From a virus, in the IMG/VR virus record IMGVR_UViG_3300045136_000267: DNA of 64,000 nt, one strand, 5' to 3'. Made by a program: the position numbers and the translations under genes. This document shows positions 8,778 to 17,432 of this stretch, one piece after another (the first letter of the stretch is position 1; each line of letters starts with the position of its first letter). Below the pieces are notes generated by a model. That model was not told where the DNA came from and did no database searches. It worked only from the letters and a program-made list of their open reading frames with translations.

Positions 8778-9299
8778 ATGATAGGATTTAATAAGCAAGC
8801 TTTCCTAGAAGCATTAGTTTTTGACGAATTAATTAAAATGGCTGATGCGGCTACACAGCCAGAGGCTGCACCAGAGGTCCAGCCGGAGGCTCAGGCACCT
8901 GCTCCGCCTGCTGCCCAAGAAGCTGCCGCAAAAGATGCGCCGGCAGAAGGTGCAGCTAATGCTGACAATGCTGCGGATGCCGCGAAGGCTGATAATGTCG
9001 CGGATGCTAATAAGGCTGATAAAGCCCCTGATGCTAATAAGGCTCCTGCTGCTGATAAGGCTGAAACCACACAACCAGAGTCCGCCTCTCCTGGAGAAAT
9101 GGTTCCAGTTTATACTCCTACTAAAAGGGAAAATAATGCACAAGTACCATATCAAGATATTTTAGGTCGTACATATCATGGAGGAGATCAAGCAACTCCA
9201 CAGGTGGCATCTTACACGGGCCACGTTCCTGAGGTATCATATCTAGCAGCGCCCTTTGACGTAAGTTTTAATACAGGGCAAGTGAGGACGGTGGGATAA
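8778..9299 (+). CDS. Ala/Pro/Asp-rich virion-candidate protein, K-x-A leader
   Basis: KQAFLEALVFDELIKMAD; DANKA-type repeats. Confidence 0.7.
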   Translation: MIGFNKQAFLEALVFDELIKMADAATQPEAAPEVQPEAQAPAPPAAQEAAAKDAPAEGAANADNAADAAKADNVADANKADKAPDANKAPAADKAETTQPESASPGEMVPVYTPTKRENNAQVPYQDILGRTYHGGDQATPQVASYTGHVPEVSYLAAPFDVSFNTGQVRTVG

Positions 9300-9358
9300 T
9301 TCTGTCTTTTAATGCGCTACAATCCAGTCCTAATCTTTAAATTATGTAACAAATTTGA

Positions 9359-9462
9359 GGCATAAATAATTGAAAAAAGATAATAAAATAAAAAATCCTA
9401 CTAAATTTGTAGGATTTTTCCTATTCAGGATTTAGTCGTAAATATACGGCATAAATAGATGG
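9359..9462 (+). promoter_or_regulatory. two promoter-like motifs flanking a hairpin
   Basis: ggcataaataattg (9359), aaaaatcctac/gtaggattttt hairpin (9391-9419), ggcataaatagatgg (9448). Confidence 0.45.
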
Positions 9463-9676
9463 AATCTCTATGTTCACTACTTTTAGTAGGAGTGAAATTA
9501 AAATTTCTAGAAATCAAAGAATCTATAAAAGATAGAGAATATGATATCCGTCTTGTACCAGATATATTTTCTCCATTATTCCATCTATTTATTTCTAGAC
9601 AGAATATCAAACTACTTATATCATCGAACCAATATAATGTATGTAGGAAAGCTGTTCAAAATTCTAGTAATTAGCT

Positions 9677-9997
9677 TTGTTTTTTATGCAGGTATACTTA
9701 ATTGATCGCAATCTTTTTCAGAAAGCACTTGCTTGTTATGCCTATGGATCTGTTCTTTATTACGACCCATGTCCTAATGATTCTATTTCTGTAATCACTG
9801 CAGTAACATTATTAGGAACCAAAGTAGCTACTTACATGGTGAATACTCTTACTGTACAATTGAACTCTGATGGTAATTACGTTCTAAAAAGAGAATCTTG
9901 TGCTGCCAATAAATATAAGAATACTTTTGATAATTTAAAGAGATATAGAATAGTTATTTATCCAGAAAAGATAGAATTTTGTACTGAAACTAAGTAG
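9677..9997 (+). CDS. hypothetical protein
   Basis: ~106-aa ORF; ATG near 9686 is the likelier start. Confidence 0.55.
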   Translation: MFFMQVYLIDRNLFQKALACYAYGSVLYYDPCPNDSISVITAVTLLGTKVATYMVNTLTVQLNSDGNYVLKRESCAANKYKNTFDNLKRYRIVIYPEKIEFCTETK

Positions 9998-10034
9998 GCA
10001 ATCTCTCTGTTCTGTTCAAGCAAGGAGGCAATGG

Positions 10035-10292
10035 ATGCCTGCCAATATCATTCATAGGTTGCACAGGGACAAAAACATTCTGCTTAAAGATATTGTTCTT
10101 TGGTTAAGAAAACTAGGAGTGCCTTTAGACGTTATTGCTAAAGAACTTCTAGATAACAACGTACCTGGCTACCTGATAATTAGAGTCTTTGTGAATATCG
10201 GGCTTAGAGATGATGAGATAACAGAAACGTTATGGAAAATTGCAGATAAGAAGACTGTTAGAAAGTTTTGGTTTGATTTTCTTCGTTCCTAG
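10035..10292 (+). CDS. small helical hypothetical protein
   Basis: strong RBS aaggagg. Confidence 0.7.
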   Translation: MPANIIHRLHRDKNILLKDIVLWLRKLGVPLDVIAKELLDNNVPGYLIIRVFVNIGLRDDEITETLWKIADKKTVRKFWFDFLRS

Positions 10293-10303
10293 GAGCTGTA
10301 ACC

Positions 10304-10459
10304 GTGGCAAATTCTGAAGTCTACACTCTCATTGCTACTAAGAATAATCGCCAGAAAACGTTAAAATTACTCAATAAAAAGAGAGTGCAGCAAATTATGC
10401 TTGAGCTATCAGCCCGAGGCTGGGCTATCAAAGTACATTCATCTAAGAAGCTTCAATAG
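10304..10459 (+). CDS. 51-aa basic protein not in the ORF track
   Basis: RBS aggag at 10291, GTG start, MANSEVYTLIATKNNRQK...KKLQ; fills the gap between neighbours. Confidence 0.6.
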   Translation: MANSEVYTLIATKNNRQKTLKLLNKKRVQQIMLELSARGWAIKVHSSKKLQ

Positions 10460-10491
10460 GACACTTCTTTATATCATTAGGAGAGAATCTC

Positions 10492-12288
10492 ATGCGATCT
10501 TTCACCTACGAAGAACTCACTTTCTGTTCTGATTCTGCACTGGATTCTAAATTTAAAGAACTACTTTTCAAGAAACCAATAATTGTGACTTTCTACGATC
10601 TCTTACTAGAAACTATCTACGAACAAATCTATGCTATTGGTCCTGGTAGCCTTTTTTACCCAATAAAGGAACTTGTTTCAAAGAAAACAAAAACTAAACA
10701 AGAAGTAAGAGAAATTTTGGATAATCATCAATCTATCAATAAGTCTCTGGTACTATATGCAAACTTCCTACCAACTACTATGTGGAAAGATTCCTATTTC
10801 TTTACAGGATTTTATTGCAAAGATTATATAGTCAATATTAAAGGTAAAGGAGATGAAGACTTTTTATTATTTGACTTAGTGCGTTCTCCAACTACAAACG
10901 ACGTTTGTCTCCTTACTAAATTAAATGAAGGAGGTGAATTACAAAACAATCCCTCATTCATTCCTATTAGAACAATAGAACCCACAAAGAAATTTAAGAC
11001 TAGGTTAATTAAAATTTTAGATTTTATGAAGAAGGAGAATATTATCTTTCACGTTGCTTCTGTAAAAAATACTTTTACATTGGATCCAAATAAAGGTTAT
11101 AATTCCAAACGTTGGGAAATGAATGTTGATTTTAGACAAAGTATCTTATTTATCCTGAGAGTACCTAGTTGTCACAAAGATTGCTTTTTTATCGTCGAGC
11201 TTAATAATCCTCTTTTAAAAGAACGTAGAAATTTATCGTACTATTATTTATCTACTTCTCAGCATCAAATAGAGCAAATTATCTCTTCATTTATTATCAA
11301 CAATTTTGCTCTTCCTATTCATATCTCTGCTGTTCTAGATATTTTCTATAATAAGTATAAATCTAATATAGAATTTAACGATACAATTAAATATTCACCT
11401 CATGATAGTAACACGGTGACCAGTAACAATTCCTATTTTGTCGAGGATACTGGTAAGAGTTTAATGCAATATATAACTAGGATAGATGCGGCAAAAATGC
11501 TGGAATGGAATACTCATTTTCAGAGTATTTTTAATATTAATAGAATCTTTGGAGTCAAAGAAAAACGATCTGAAATTAGTTTTGAATTAAAAAGGAAAAT
11601 ACGGTCTGAAATTATCACTTTATTTCGACAATCGTTACTCAGTTTACAGAATGTTATACAACCAGAAGCAATACTAGAGCGAGATCTAATGAGTTCTGCT
11701 TTCGACTATGAAGTATCTTTTGAGGATTTATATGATCATGTGCTAGACCAGTTGAAAGAATATAATAATCAAGCGCTTACTTTGGAGACAGTTAAGCAGT
11801 TAATAGAAAGAGTAATGCTATTTCTAGTAGCGGCGCTTTCATCAAACGCTTTCTATTCTCTTTATTACCACGATAACGTTGGTATTCAAGATACATTCGA
11901 ATTACTTAATAAGTTTATTTCTACTTTTGGCCCCAGTGTTTTATCTAACATATTTCTGTCTGACAAATTTGAACTTGAAGGAAATTCTTTTTATGAATTT
12001 TCTATTCAACACCTTCCTATCTTATACGTGCATATCTCTAAAGATACTGCACGTATTTACATGTTGAATTATAAAGTAGTCGCTGACTTGGTTGTCAAAG
12101 GAAATCAGAAAGGTATTAAATTAGTATTAGGTACTAGATGGTATACTAGACCTAAGAATAAGTTTAACTCTTTCATTAAGAATACTATGACTATTTATAA
12201 ACAAGTATATGAAGGTACTTGTAATAAAAGCGACTTTGAGTCTGCAATACAGGCCTCTTCTGTAGCGTATCCAGCAGCTTTAACTTAG
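10492..12288 (+). CDS. hypothetical protein, paralog of 12326..14080
   Basis: 598 aa; FGPSVLSNIFLSDKFELEGNSFYEFSIQHLPILY block shared with the next gene. Confidence 0.8.
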   Translation: MRSFTYEELTFCSDSALDSKFKELLFKKPIIVTFYDLLLETIYEQIYAIGPGSLFYPIKELVSKKTKTKQEVREILDNHQSINKSLVLYANFLPTTMWKDSYFFTGFYCKDYIVNIKGKGDEDFLLFDLVRSPTTNDVCLLTKLNEGGELQNNPSFIPIRTIEPTKKFKTRLIKILDFMKKENIIFHVASVKNTFTLDPNKGYNSKRWEMNVDFRQSILFILRVPSCHKDCFFIVELNNPLLKERRNLSYYYLSTSQHQIEQIISSFIINNFALPIHISAVLDIFYNKYKSNIEFNDTIKYSPHDSNTVTSNNSYFVEDTGKSLMQYITRIDAAKMLEWNTHFQSIFNINRIFGVKEKRSEISFELKRKIRSEIITLFRQSLLSLQNVIQPEAILERDLMSSAFDYEVSFEDLYDHVLDQLKEYNNQALTLETVKQLIERVMLFLVAALSSNAFYSLYYHDNVGIQDTFELLNKFISTFGPSVLSNIFLSDKFELEGNSFYEFSIQHLPILYVHISKDTARIYMLNYKVVADLVVKGNQKGIKLVLGTRWYTRPKNKFNSFIKNTMTIYKQVYEGTCNKSDFESAIQASSVAYPAALT

Positions 12289-12325
12289 GTGAAGTTTTCC
12301 TAGCTCTCTGAAGAATGAGGTAAAT

Positions 12326-14080
12326 ATGACGAAGGAAAAAATCCATCCGTCACTAATAAAACTCTATTCGAACGATGATCCAACTTTACCAGAATTATTT
12401 TTCACAACACCTTTAGTACATAAACAATATCAGTTACTATATAAAGGTTTAAAAGAAGGAACATTAGGCTCTATTCTTTCTAAGACTGCTCTTTCTAAAA
12501 CTTCTTCAGACACTAAAGAAGTACCATATGAAGAGGAAGATCTCCCATTTTTCTCTGCTTTAAATTACGACAAAACTATCTGCATTTGTTTTAATATCAA
12601 ACGTCCAAGTTATTCATATATTTTAACTGGTTTTGAAACTGATAACTATATTTTTAATATCTTTTCTGAACTGAGTTATCACAAATTTAAGATACTAGAA
12701 TCTCAACGCCCGGTAACCACTTCTTGCGGTTCTTTATTACCTTCTGTAACTCTTTGTTCAATTAAACAAAGTTTTTATGAATCTCTGCTAGCAAGAGCAG
12801 ATATTCTTGAACAGAATGACATTAATATCACTACGATATGCACAAACAACTATCTAAAACTAGATATAAATGACATGAAATACGGGATTAACGCCAAGAA
12901 AACGTTCTTATCAGCGATACGCAGTAGTGCTCGTCCTTTTGTATTCAACGTCATTCGATTTAAAGGTCCTAGAAAAACGGTATTCTTCTTAAGTTCAATT
13001 ACAGATACAAGGGCACGTTCGCGCTATTTTTCTAATAAAGATGAATATTTAGTTAGTCTTTCAGAAGAAGAAAAGAAGAAGATTCTATCTTTAGTATGCA
13101 TGTTTTATACATTTGCCCCTTCCACTTTTTTCATTTCTATCGTAGATAGCATATTAAAGTATGTTGATCGTAATAAAGATATTATTAAAGAATGGAATTC
13201 TAACAATATTGCTAAGCCATATTTAACTCTAAATAGCTTATTTCATACTATTTTTCTTCCGATAGTTAGTCATAATACGTCAACATTAGATATTTTTATT
13301 GATACTAACTATATAGATGTAGTCTTTTACTTGACTTGTATTGCATTGGATCCAAAGGAACACAATCCTATTTATAAAATTGATCATCTAAAAGCATTAT
13401 TTAATATTTTGCTTAATCAAAATAATGTCATTAAACAGAGCACGAATTGCTTCTATCTTTACAATAAACTTTTTAAAGATGATACTTGCAACGAGATAAC
13501 TACGTACGATCTTTGGTTTCCTGATAACCTTAAGTCAAATCATACTAATTTAATGAAACGTGATCTAGCTTATGCTAGGAATATTTATGATACAGTGCTT
13601 TTTTATTTGACATATTATATAGCATCTAATACTACATGTTATACAAGTATTAAACATGTATTGGATATAGTGCGTATTATTGTAAGACGTTTTGGTACTT
13701 CCATTGTTTCTAAACACTATCTAAATGATGTATTTACTTATAACAGTGTTACAATCTATGAATATTCATTTGCCCATGTTCCATTTTTGTATATTTGCGT
13801 AGACAGAAAAGAAAATAAAACAAGTATATTCGTATTAGATGACATGTCTACCAAAATTTTATCTACTAATATGCATCAAGTAGCTCTGGGTACAAACGAG
13901 TTCTCTACATCAGAAAGGAAATGGACCAGATTTGCCAACTCTTGCTTGTCTTTGTTCAAAAAAGAATATGAAAAGGAAGGCTTGTTCACTCTAGATGAGT
14001 CGTCGGATCCTGTAGTATATCAACACGTACCACTATATCTAACCAGAATTCTCGGCACTTGGTGCAACTTTTATGAGTAA
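12326..14080 (+). CDS. hypothetical protein, paralog of 10492..12288
   Basis: 584 aa; FGTSIVSKHYLNDVFTYNSVTIYEYSFAHVPFLY. Confidence 0.8.
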   Translation: MTKEKIHPSLIKLYSNDDPTLPELFFTTPLVHKQYQLLYKGLKEGTLGSILSKTALSKTSSDTKEVPYEEEDLPFFSALNYDKTICICFNIKRPSYSYILTGFETDNYIFNIFSELSYHKFKILESQRPVTTSCGSLLPSVTLCSIKQSFYESLLARADILEQNDINITTICTNNYLKLDINDMKYGINAKKTFLSAIRSSARPFVFNVIRFKGPRKTVFFLSSITDTRARSRYFSNKDEYLVSLSEEEKKKILSLVCMFYTFAPSTFFISIVDSILKYVDRNKDIIKEWNSNNIAKPYLTLNSLFHTIFLPIVSHNTSTLDIFIDTNYIDVVFYLTCIALDPKEHNPIYKIDHLKALFNILLNQNNVIKQSTNCFYLYNKLFKDDTCNEITTYDLWFPDNLKSNHTNLMKRDLAYARNIYDTVLFYLTYYIASNTTCYTSIKHVLDIVRIIVRRFGTSIVSKHYLNDVFTYNSVTIYEYSFAHVPFLYICVDRKENKTSIFVLDDMSTKILSTNMHQVALGTNEFSTSERKWTRFANSCLSLFKKEYEKEGLFTLDESSDPVVYQHVPLYLTRILGTWCNFYE

Positions 14081-15095
14081 ATCAAGTCTCTTAATTGATA
14101 ATGATTATTTGGACGCGCTTTCTGATATAAAAGTTAGCCGACTAGTTAAATACATGGGTCGCTGCTATACTTCTTGGCTAACTATTTCTAAAACAGATAA
14201 TTCGGTAGTAAATGAATCAATAGTAAATGACTATCATGGATTACAAAGGTACCTTTCTTTATTTAATTCTGACTCGACGCTAAAAGATACGATTTTTGTT
14301 CATACTCCTGACAAATTATATTACTTGTTGAGTTTATTGAATATAATGGCTGATAGTAATAAGATAAATAATGCTAAGTATTTAACTAGAGTTTTTGTAA
14401 AAGGTATAGATAATGTTCTATCAGATATTGTTATTCCTGTAGTCTACATTAACCATTTCACAACAAAGGCTCGACTTAAAAAGAACGATAAGCTGGGGTT
14501 AGAAGAAAGTAGACTCAATCAAGTTTTAACATCTTTAACAAATGCTGCTGATGTCAGTCAAAAAATATCTGATACAATGACTAACTTACTTTCATTATTT
14601 AGTAAATATTTACCTTTTACCTCGGATTATACACCAGAACCTTATTTAGTACTAATTAATAAAGTTCTTACATCTGTTACAGTAGCTATCAAATCCTCAT
14701 CAATTCAATCTATTGATGCCGCCGTTCATTTCGATTTAATACCTTCTTATTCTTATCAGATTACTACTTCAGTGCGTAATTCTTCTAATAAAAGCAGGAA
14801 TAAGCTATCCTCTATTGCCCTTACTATGTATGGAGAATCAAAGGATAAGGGTTCACTAAATAGTTTGTATGCTTATTACAAATATCCCGACACCTATTTT
14901 TCTTCTATTGGTTGTAATGATAAAATACTACAGCAAATCTTTTATGCCTTGATTTCTATTATTTATCAAGATATAAAGACTATGATTCAGGCTAGAATAT
15001 CTCAGTTAGAGACTTCTACATCTCATAAAAAGAATATTACTAAGGGGGATCTTTACAGGGAAATTCTATTGTTCAAAACTAAAACCAAAGAATAG
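14073..15095 (+). CDS. hypothetical protein
   Basis: 340 aa, start overlaps the previous stop. Confidence 0.75.
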   Translation: MSKSSLLIDNDYLDALSDIKVSRLVKYMGRCYTSWLTISKTDNSVVNESIVNDYHGLQRYLSLFNSDSTLKDTIFVHTPDKLYYLLSLLNIMADSNKINNAKYLTRVFVKGIDNVLSDIVIPVVYINHFTTKARLKKNDKLGLEESRLNQVLTSLTNAADVSQKISDTMTNLLSLFSKYLPFTSDYTPEPYLVLINKVLTSVTVAIKSSSIQSIDAAVHFDLIPSYSYQITTSVRNSSNKSRNKLSSIALTMYGESKDKGSLNSLYAYYKYPDTYFSSIGCNDKILQQIFYALISIIYQDIKTMIQARISQLETSTSHKKNITKGDLYREILLFKTKTKE

Positions 15096-15200
15096 ATATT
15101 GCCGTATTACTACATAAGGAATAATCTATTTGTAAGGTCTCTCACGTGCGTTTCGTGAGTATCATTTTTACGGTTTATTATTTGTGAGGTTAACTTTCAG

Positions 15201-15968
15201 ATGCAAATGAATATTCAAATTGCACCGCTTGATGACATCAATAGTAAACTAAATTTCTCTATGCTATCTGAGGTAGGTTTAACCATCAGATTTACTACAG
15301 TTCCCGTAAAAGATAAGAGATTCGCTAAGCTAGCATTTGACGAGAACTGTAACTTCTGTGCTGTAAATGGTCCCAGTGCAAAATCTAAATGTAAATACTG
15401 TGGAGGTACTGGCTTCTGTAAAGTAGTTTCAGCTGCTAGAATCCGGTATAATCCTAACAATCTGTCTCATTTAGATGCACTGACTGACTTCCTTTACAAG
15501 CATGAATCTTTATTGTTAAATAGATATACTACGACCGTAGAACTTAAGGAATTTGGCGGTCTAGATAAAGATGGTACAGGAAGGGCTGTAGTTGTCTGTG
15601 GTACACACGGTGAAAAGTTACGGTGTGCCTATTCAGGCTCTCAGCCTAACGGCGTTCACGCTGTATTTTACGTAACTATCGCTTTAGTCGTGGACGATAG
15701 ATATAAGAATGATAAGCACGTAGGTAACGTATCTTTGGTGGCGGTAGAACGGTTACGGAAAGATCAGAAATTTAGATTGTCCAAAATATTCAGGCCATTA
15801 TTTAAATTTTATAGCTCTAATGGCGGGGCTATTGACTATGACGAAATGACCAACACAAAAATAGAATTTCCTGGTGAAGCTGTCAGGGCTGCAATGCAAA
15901 AAGCTATGACCCCTGACTGTACTACCAGTTTCTATTGCCTATGTTCGAAAGAACTTCCCAAAGAATAA
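15201..15968 (+). CDS. zinc-finger protein (DnaJ-like CxxCxGxG)
   Basis: CNFC...CKYCGGTG. Confidence 0.7.
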   Translation: MQMNIQIAPLDDINSKLNFSMLSEVGLTIRFTTVPVKDKRFAKLAFDENCNFCAVNGPSAKSKCKYCGGTGFCKVVSAARIRYNPNNLSHLDALTDFLYKHESLLLNRYTTTVELKEFGGLDKDGTGRAVVVCGTHGEKLRCAYSGSQPNGVHAVFYVTIALVVDDRYKNDKHVGNVSLVAVERLRKDQKFRLSKIFRPLFKFYSSNGGAIDYDEMTNTKIEFPGEAVRAAMQKAMTPDCTTSFYCLCSKELPKE

Positions 15969-15977
15969 AAAAAAGTA

Positions 15978-16047
15978 GCATTTTACTCTAAAGAGTAAGA
16001 TGCGGAGGCTAGCTTGATCATTTCAGGCTAGCCTCTTTTTTTTAGCT
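15978..16047 (+). terminator. TTACTCT/AGAGTAA hairpin, then intrinsic terminator with TTTTTTAGC
   Basis: gcattttactct-aa-agagtaagatgc; gaggctagcttga/tcaggctagcctc plus T8. Confidence 0.75.
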
Positions 16048-16124
16048 ACAACTTAAATAGCTATTTTTATTTAGTTCATGATGTTCTATAATTCAATAGA
16101 TTGTTTGGCTACAGGAGCAGTAAA

Positions 16125-16397
16125 ATGCAGATCGAAGGTTCTTTAGGTAAAGTCTTGCTAGTTCTTGGTTTAGTGACTGTTGGGTTACTTTCTTATTTAG
16201 TTTATCAACATGCAAAACACTGTGAGAATTGCGATTCTCGCAGTCCTATTTTCAATGGTACCCTTTTACCTTGGAGAAGGGATGTAGAGGATAGACTTGA
16301 TAAGTTAGATTGGGATACTAGAGCCCTTAAAGACAGAGTTAAATATATAGAGGGTAAATTAAGAATCGGGGATTCGGGTTCTACTGGCAATAAGTGA
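16125..16397 (+). CDS. single-TM coiled-coil protein
   Basis: ATG after aggag; VLLVLGLVTVGLLSYLVY then heptad pattern. Confidence 0.65.
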   Translation: MQIEGSLGKVLLVLGLVTVGLLSYLVYQHAKHCENCDSRSPIFNGTLLPWRRDVEDRLDKLDWDTRALKDRVKYIEGKLRIGDSGSTGNK

Positions 16398-16416
16398 TAA
16401 ATAACTGGGTATTTGT

Positions 16417-17412
16417 ATGAATAATGAACGTCCAATGGATATTTTAGATGCTATTATAAATAAAAAATTGTACAAGTCTGTTTATACTAAACAAGCAGAT
16501 TTTCTGGAATATAAAACTTCTCCTCCTACATCTAGTCAATTCTTAACTAGCATGGGGACTTTATATGACAAGAGTTTAGAGACTCCTGCTGCATCGAGTT
16601 CAAAATCTAGATACAGCGAACCGAGATCTAGTGCAACAGAAAAACTAGTATCAGAGTTACCAGAGACCCCTTCTAGAGAAAGAAGCTCAACCCCAACAAT
16701 AGCAGAAGGAGCATCTCCAGCAGTAGTAGGATCACCAGCTGGGCCCATAGGGTCAACTCCAGCAGCTGGAGGAGCAGCACCAGCAGCACCAGCAACGCCT
16801 GCAGTGGCGGCAGCACCAGCAGCTCCAGCTCCTGCTCCTGAGCCTGCTGAAGATGTGGCTGAAGCAAGAAGGGCTTCCCTATGGGAAGGGGCTAGATTTT
16901 ATACTGGTCCTGGACAAGAAACATTCGCTGTACTTACTACACATGATGCCGAACAATTGTTAAAAGAATTAGGCGTAAATCTTGGTGATCATAAATTAGC
17001 TGTTGATGAACATCCTGTATTACTAAATCTCAAGAACGGGTCTAGGGCCCTTGTATTTAAGGGTCCTGATGGTAGTGAGAATGTCGTAATTGGATCTCCT
17101 AATTTGCTAGGGGCTAAGATACCAGACGGCAATCTTGAACTCATTCATCCTTATTTATATAATATAATGACCAGCAAACCTTCTAATGGTACTAATGGCA
17201 GTACTAATGTTTTAGTACAATTACAAGGAGATCAATCAAGATCATATGATCCTACTATGCTACTACTACGTCTACTTATAGAATTGCTTAGGGAAAGTAG
17301 GAATGATGGTAATAGAAGTAATAATTCAGAAGCTAATCAACTGGCAAAATCAATTTTAGGTAACATTCAACATGTTCCTAAAATAGAACCAAGCTTGAGA
17401 AGGGTCTCATAA
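16417..17412 (+). CDS. Cys-free virion-candidate protein with K-x-A leader and Pro/Ala linker
   Basis: VYTKQAD; PAAPA-rich segment; no Cys. Confidence 0.7.
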   Translation: MNNERPMDILDAIINKKLYKSVYTKQADFLEYKTSPPTSSQFLTSMGTLYDKSLETPAASSSKSRYSEPRSSATEKLVSELPETPSRERSSTPTIAEGASPAVVGSPAGPIGSTPAAGGAAPAAPATPAVAAAPAAPAPAPEPAEDVAEARRASLWEGARFYTGPGQETFAVLTTHDAEQLLKELGVNLGDHKLAVDEHPVLLNLKNGSRALVFKGPDGSENVVIGSPNLLGAKIPDGNLELIHPYLYNIMTSKPSNGTNGSTNVLVQLQGDQSRSYDPTMLLLRLLIELLRESRNDGNRSNNSEANQLAKSILGNIQHVPKIEPSLRRVS

Positions 17413-17432
17413 TATTAATGGATTGAATTAGC

